This document shows positions 28,907 through 32,000 of a stretch of 32,000 nt of DNA, one piece after another (position 1 is the first letter of the stretch; the number at the start of each line of letters is the position of its first letter). The notes under the pieces are model-generated. The model saw only the letters and a program-made list of their open reading frames with translations, had not been told where the DNA came from and made no database searches. Source of the stretch: Acaryochloris marina MBIC11017 (lineage in GTDB: Bacteria > Cyanobacteriota > Cyanobacteriia > Thermosynechococcales > Thermosynechococcaceae); NCBI RefSeq assembly GCF_000018105.1, contig NC_009925.1, positions 4,860,001 to 4,892,000 on the forward strand, given 5' to 3'. Both the position numbers and the translations under genes were made by a program.

Positions 28907-29917
28907 TCACTTCAACCTGAATAATTTACGGATGGGTCGTGATGATCTGGCTTCTAGGGAGGTGATCAACTCATACTCTCCTGGGCGAAACTTTTTTTTA
29001 GAGGGTGTAATCCCTAAGGTAAAGGTTCCCACCTTGCGATCTAGCTCATTCGTTTCTCGAAACACTTGGATGGGGGGAATTTTGTCATCCTTGGTCTTGC
29101 CAAGATAGCGGAGGATATAAGTGATTTCAGAATCTCCTCGGAATTGCACATTGGCAATGCTGGGCAGTTTAGCCGTAAAAGCTAGTGTCTTGATTTCAGT
29201 GGAGAGTTCACTCAAATCCTCGGCACAGGGTTCTTCAGCATCGCTACTCCCCTCACAAATTTTGATGCTACTGACGCTGTTATTTAGACCCGCATCTTCA
29301 ATGTCTCCTTCGTTGCGCTTGCTGACATCCTTAGGATCTGTCCAAACCGAAAAGATCTGCTCTTCGGACAGCGGTTTTTGATTACCAATTCCTTCCGGCG
29401 TTAACGTCACTCGATAGGTACCAGGCTGTAGGTCAACCTGATCCAGCTGCAGGGCCACTTCTCGTTTACCCTTCGGGACATCATAAACATTGCTAAACAC
29501 CTCAGACTCTTGGTCAGGCTCTGGCCAATAATCCAGGGTGGCTTTAACCTGATTTGCTGTTTTACCTTTGCGGAGTTTTGCTCTGACTGTAAGGGTTTGA
29601 GTCTCTTCCAAGAAAGCAATCTCATGCTTTTTACACTGACCATCTACCGGCGATTTACAAACGGCCACATTGGTAAAGCGGACCAATTTCCCCCCGGTAA
29701 TGCCAAGAGCAATGAATAAAATGATCACCGCCAGAAATATTTTCAGAAACCGAGACTTCAGCCAGGGCAAACGCTGATTGAGCCGATCCTGAATGGGAGG
29801 AGCCACAATGATGACGGCGAGTAGTGTAATGATAAAACCAAGCCACTCTCCTGAAATCAGCAAACCTAAACTCATCAGGAGCGCTATCACTGCTAGAAGC
29901 CACTGCAAAAATTTCAT
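28907..29917 (-). CDS. Hypothetical membrane protein with three N-terminal TM helices and two beta-rich extracytoplasmic modules
   Basis: 336-aa ORF starting at an ATG. TM segments are WLLAVIALLMSLGLLI, FIITLLAVIIVAP and IFLAVIILFIALGI. Two similar endings occur (LQPGTYRVTLTP and FRPGEYELITSL). I recognise no family. Confidence 0.55.
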   Translation of the reverse strand: MKFLQWLLAVIALLMSLGLLISGEWLGFIITLLAVIIVAPPIQDRLNQRLPWLKSRFLKIFLAVIILFIALGITGGKLVRFTNVAVCKSPVDGQCKKHEIAFLEETQTLTVRAKLRKGKTANQVKATLDYWPEPDQESEVFSNVYDVPKGKREVALQLDQVDLQPGTYRVTLTPEGIGNQKPLSEEQIFSVWTDPKDVSKRNEGDIEDAGLNNSVSSIKICEGSSDAEEPCAEDLSELSTEIKTLAFTAKLPSIANVQFRGDSEITYILRYLGKTKDDKIPPIQVFRETNELDRKVGTFTLGITPSKKKFRPGEYELITSLEARSSRPIRKLFRLK

Positions 29918-30039
29918 AGTTTTAGCAAAACATCACCAATCTTCCACCGTTTTATAACACTAAATTACCTATTTACTTTACTGAAAAAGTAATTAAGAAC
30001 TCTGGGTAAAGTCAAAATTTAGCAGGTCATGCGTCACCT

Positions 30040-30582
30040 ATGAGCACAAAAGTTTCTGTTTTTATTGCGACCAGCTTAGATGGATTTATCGCCAGAACCA
30101 ATGGAGACATCGATTGGCTCAATGAGGCGAATGCAGCAGTCCCGGAGGGGGAAGATTGTGGCTATCAAGCCTTTATGGCCTCGGTGGATGTCTTGGTCAT
30201 GGGGCGAAAAACCTATGAACAGGTTCTATCTTTTGGAGCGTGGCCCTATGGTCAAACCCGAGTCATTGTCTTGAGTCGAACTCCTATCCAATTCCCAGAT
30301 GCTTTGCCTGCCTGCATTACGCACTCTGCAGACCCCCCACTCATGCTCTATAACCGCCTTGTCCAAGAAGGAGCCCAGCATTTATATATAGATGGTGGGG
30401 CTACAATCCAGCGATTTTTGGCGGCGGGTCTGATTGATGAACTCACCATTACCGTGATCCCTATTCTGTTAGGCGAGGGGATACCTCTGTTCGGTTCCTT
30501 GGCAAAAGAGATACCGCTGACCCACCTCAGCTCCTATTCCTATGACTTTGGATTTGTCCAACTTAAATATGCTGTTTCTTGA
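30040..30582 (+). CDS. Dihydrofolate-reductase-family protein (RibD C-terminal-domain type)
   Basis: 180 aa with VFIATSLDGFIA...GDIDWL, VLVMGRKTYE, LYIDGGATIQRFLAAGLIDELTITVIPILLGEGIPLF, the characteristic RibD_C/DHFR-like pattern. Confidence 0.8.
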   Translation: MSTKVSVFIATSLDGFIARTNGDIDWLNEANAAVPEGEDCGYQAFMASVDVLVMGRKTYEQVLSFGAWPYGQTRVIVLSRTPIQFPDALPACITHSADPPLMLYNRLVQEGAQHLYIDGGATIQRFLAAGLIDELTITVIPILLGEGIPLFGSLAKEIPLTHLSSYSYDFGFVQLKYAVS

Positions 30583-31160
30583 AATAGGCTCTCAGCTTTC
30601 GCAGATGCATGGACAGCATGGTGGTGCAATCTCAGATCTGTATTGCGGTAAGATCTCTCAGATGATCCCATCCTCATCACTGCCCCTTAACTCAAGGATG
30701 ATGAGATCGTAAAGTTATGGCCAGCTGATCTCAGCACAATGCTTCAAGTGTTTGAATTCCTTTGAGAACTGCGTTTAAGAGTGATATAAACGATGCCGAA
30801 CAGCTAAAATCTTCAATATCTTCTGGATATACCAAGATCACATCCCGCCGCGGCAAAGATGGAGCATGATCAAGACATCTCAACGGTTCATTAGTTAAGC
30901 CAAATCAGTTAAGACATTTGAGGAAGAAGATACCTGTAAACGCTGTCTCGTTATCATCAGTAGTCAGCATCGTCTCCATCCGTTAAGTGCGCTCTCCCAT
31001 CCAACAAAGGAATTTAAGATCAAGAAGCAGATAACTCTAATCTTCAGGCTATCGGGAAACATCAGTTTTGACCGGTAGTCAGAGCCATCTCCCTCACCAA
31101 CTTTAGGGTGATCCAGTCCTAACAATCCCAATATTGACCCATCAAACGCTCCTCACACTT

Positions 31161-32000
31161 ATGGTTATTCTTCGACCCCAGGTTGCCCTGCTATCGACTG
31201 CCCTCTCAATTGCAACCCTCACAATCGCTTCCCCCACCCCTAAGACTTGGGCAGCCCCAAACTCCGACTCGTCCAAGGCCATCATTGACGAAGTTTGGCA
31301 GATTATCAAAAATGATTATTTAGATACATCCTTCAATGGTACAGATTGGCCTGCTATTCGCAGCCAATACTTAAACCGTACTTATACCTCCAAAGAAGAA
31401 GTCTATGATGCAGTTCGAGAAATGCTGGACCAACTTGAGGATCCTTATACTCGCTTTTTGGATCCTCAGCAGCTTAAAAACATGCAAATCAGTACTTCAG
31501 GAGAACTAACAGGTGTTGGGGTACAAATCACCCAGGATGAAAAGACGAAAGACATCACGGTCATTGCTCCGATTGAAGGCAGTCCTGCCGCCCAAGCAGG
31601 GCTCTTAAATCAAGATGTGATCATCCAAGTAGATGACACCAGCACCGAAGGGATGGATATTAATGAAGCGGTCCAGTTAATTCGAGGTCCCGTTAACTCT
31701 ATCGTGACCCTCACCGTTTTACGGGGTCAGGAGCAGTTGAGTTTTAAGATCAAGCGGGCTCGTATTGAAATTCATCCAGTTCGATTTTCCTCTCAAACGA
31801 GTCCCTCTGGCCCAGTGGGCTATATCCGCCTCAACCAATTTAGCAACAAAGCCACTTCTGAGATGCGCGAAGCCATCCAAGACTTGGAAAAACAAAAGGT
31901 CACTGGATTTGTTCTAGACCTGCGCTTAAACCCCGGTGGATTGCTATATTCCAGCACTGAAATTGCCCGAATGTGGATGGGGGAAGGTACAATTGTGGCC
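31161..32000 (+). CDS. ctp: Carboxyl-terminal processing protease (S41 peptidase), 5-prime partial; runs off the window
   Basis: It is absent from the ORF track because no stop is reached. Reading from the ATG at 31161 gives a signal peptide, then IIDEVWQIIKNDYLD.SFNG.DW, LEDPYTRFL, a PDZ segment (GVGVQI...VIAPIEGSPAAQAGLLNQDVIIQVD) and GFVLDLRLNPGGLL. The frame is open and in phase through position 32000. Confidence 0.9.
   Translation, partial: MVILRPQVALLSTALSIATLTIASPTPKTWAAPNSDSSKAIIDEVWQIIKNDYLDTSFNGTDWPAIRSQYLNRTYTSKEEVYDAVREMLDQLEDPYTRFLDPQQLKNMQISTSGELTGVGVQITQDEKTKDITVIAPIEGSPAAQAGLLNQDVIIQVDDTSTEGMDINEAVQLIRGPVNSIVTLTVLRGQEQLSFKIKRARIEIHPVRFSSQTSPSGPVGYIRLNQFSNKATSEMREAIQDLEKQKVTGFVLDLRLNPGGLLYSSTEIARMWMGEGTIVA

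Noticed and set aside
30583-31160. About 580-bp ORF-free stretch upstream of the ctp gene
   Set aside because: Its composition is normal. I could find no convincing hairpins, repeats, tRNA-like elements or riboswitch-like motifs by eye. It is most simply a promoter/leader region or a decayed ORF.

Overview
This window looks like a cyanobacterial chromosome segment. The evidence is ten perfect HIP1 palindromes (GCGATCGC), a pds-crtB carotenoid operon, a Sll0418-like MPBQ/MSBQ methyltransferase, squalene-hopene cyclase and a Ctp protease. Ordinary housekeeping genes occupy 1-6.5 kb and 19.3-32 kb. These include a tandem PTPS/QueD protein, crtB, pds, a tocopherol/plastoquinone methyltransferase, an ArsR-trxA-OYE redox module, DUF1348, two periplasmic-binding-fold proteins, shc, DUF928, a DHFR-family protein and ctp. 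Between them lies an AT-rich, HIP1-free surface-polysaccharide (Wzx/Wzy-type) island at about 6.5-19.3 kb. It encodes GT4 glycosyltransferases, a MurJ/MOP flippase, a Wzy-like polymerase, a frameshifted secreted DUF4874/DUF4832 protein, a DegT-type sugar aminotransferase and a Wzc-like co-polymerase/BY-kinase. The observations most worth following up are: (1) the aminotransferase carries an N-terminal tandem duplication that matches the MshEN/T2SSE_N c-di-GMP-binding motif; (2) a roughly 1.8 kb very AT-rich, ORF-free spacer full of palindromes separates that gene from wzc; (3) the DUF4874/DUF4832 gene is split exactly at a T9 run; (4) the Wzc homologue has no C-terminal tyrosine cluster and instead carries a Pro-rich linker and coiled-coil tail; (5) a membrane-anchored pentapeptide-repeat/sugar-binding-fold fusion sits next to an orphan LivK-like binding protein with no transporter genes. 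I recognised no tRNA, rRNA, CRISPR array, transposase or integrase. All family assignments come from motif recognition by eye, not from database searches.
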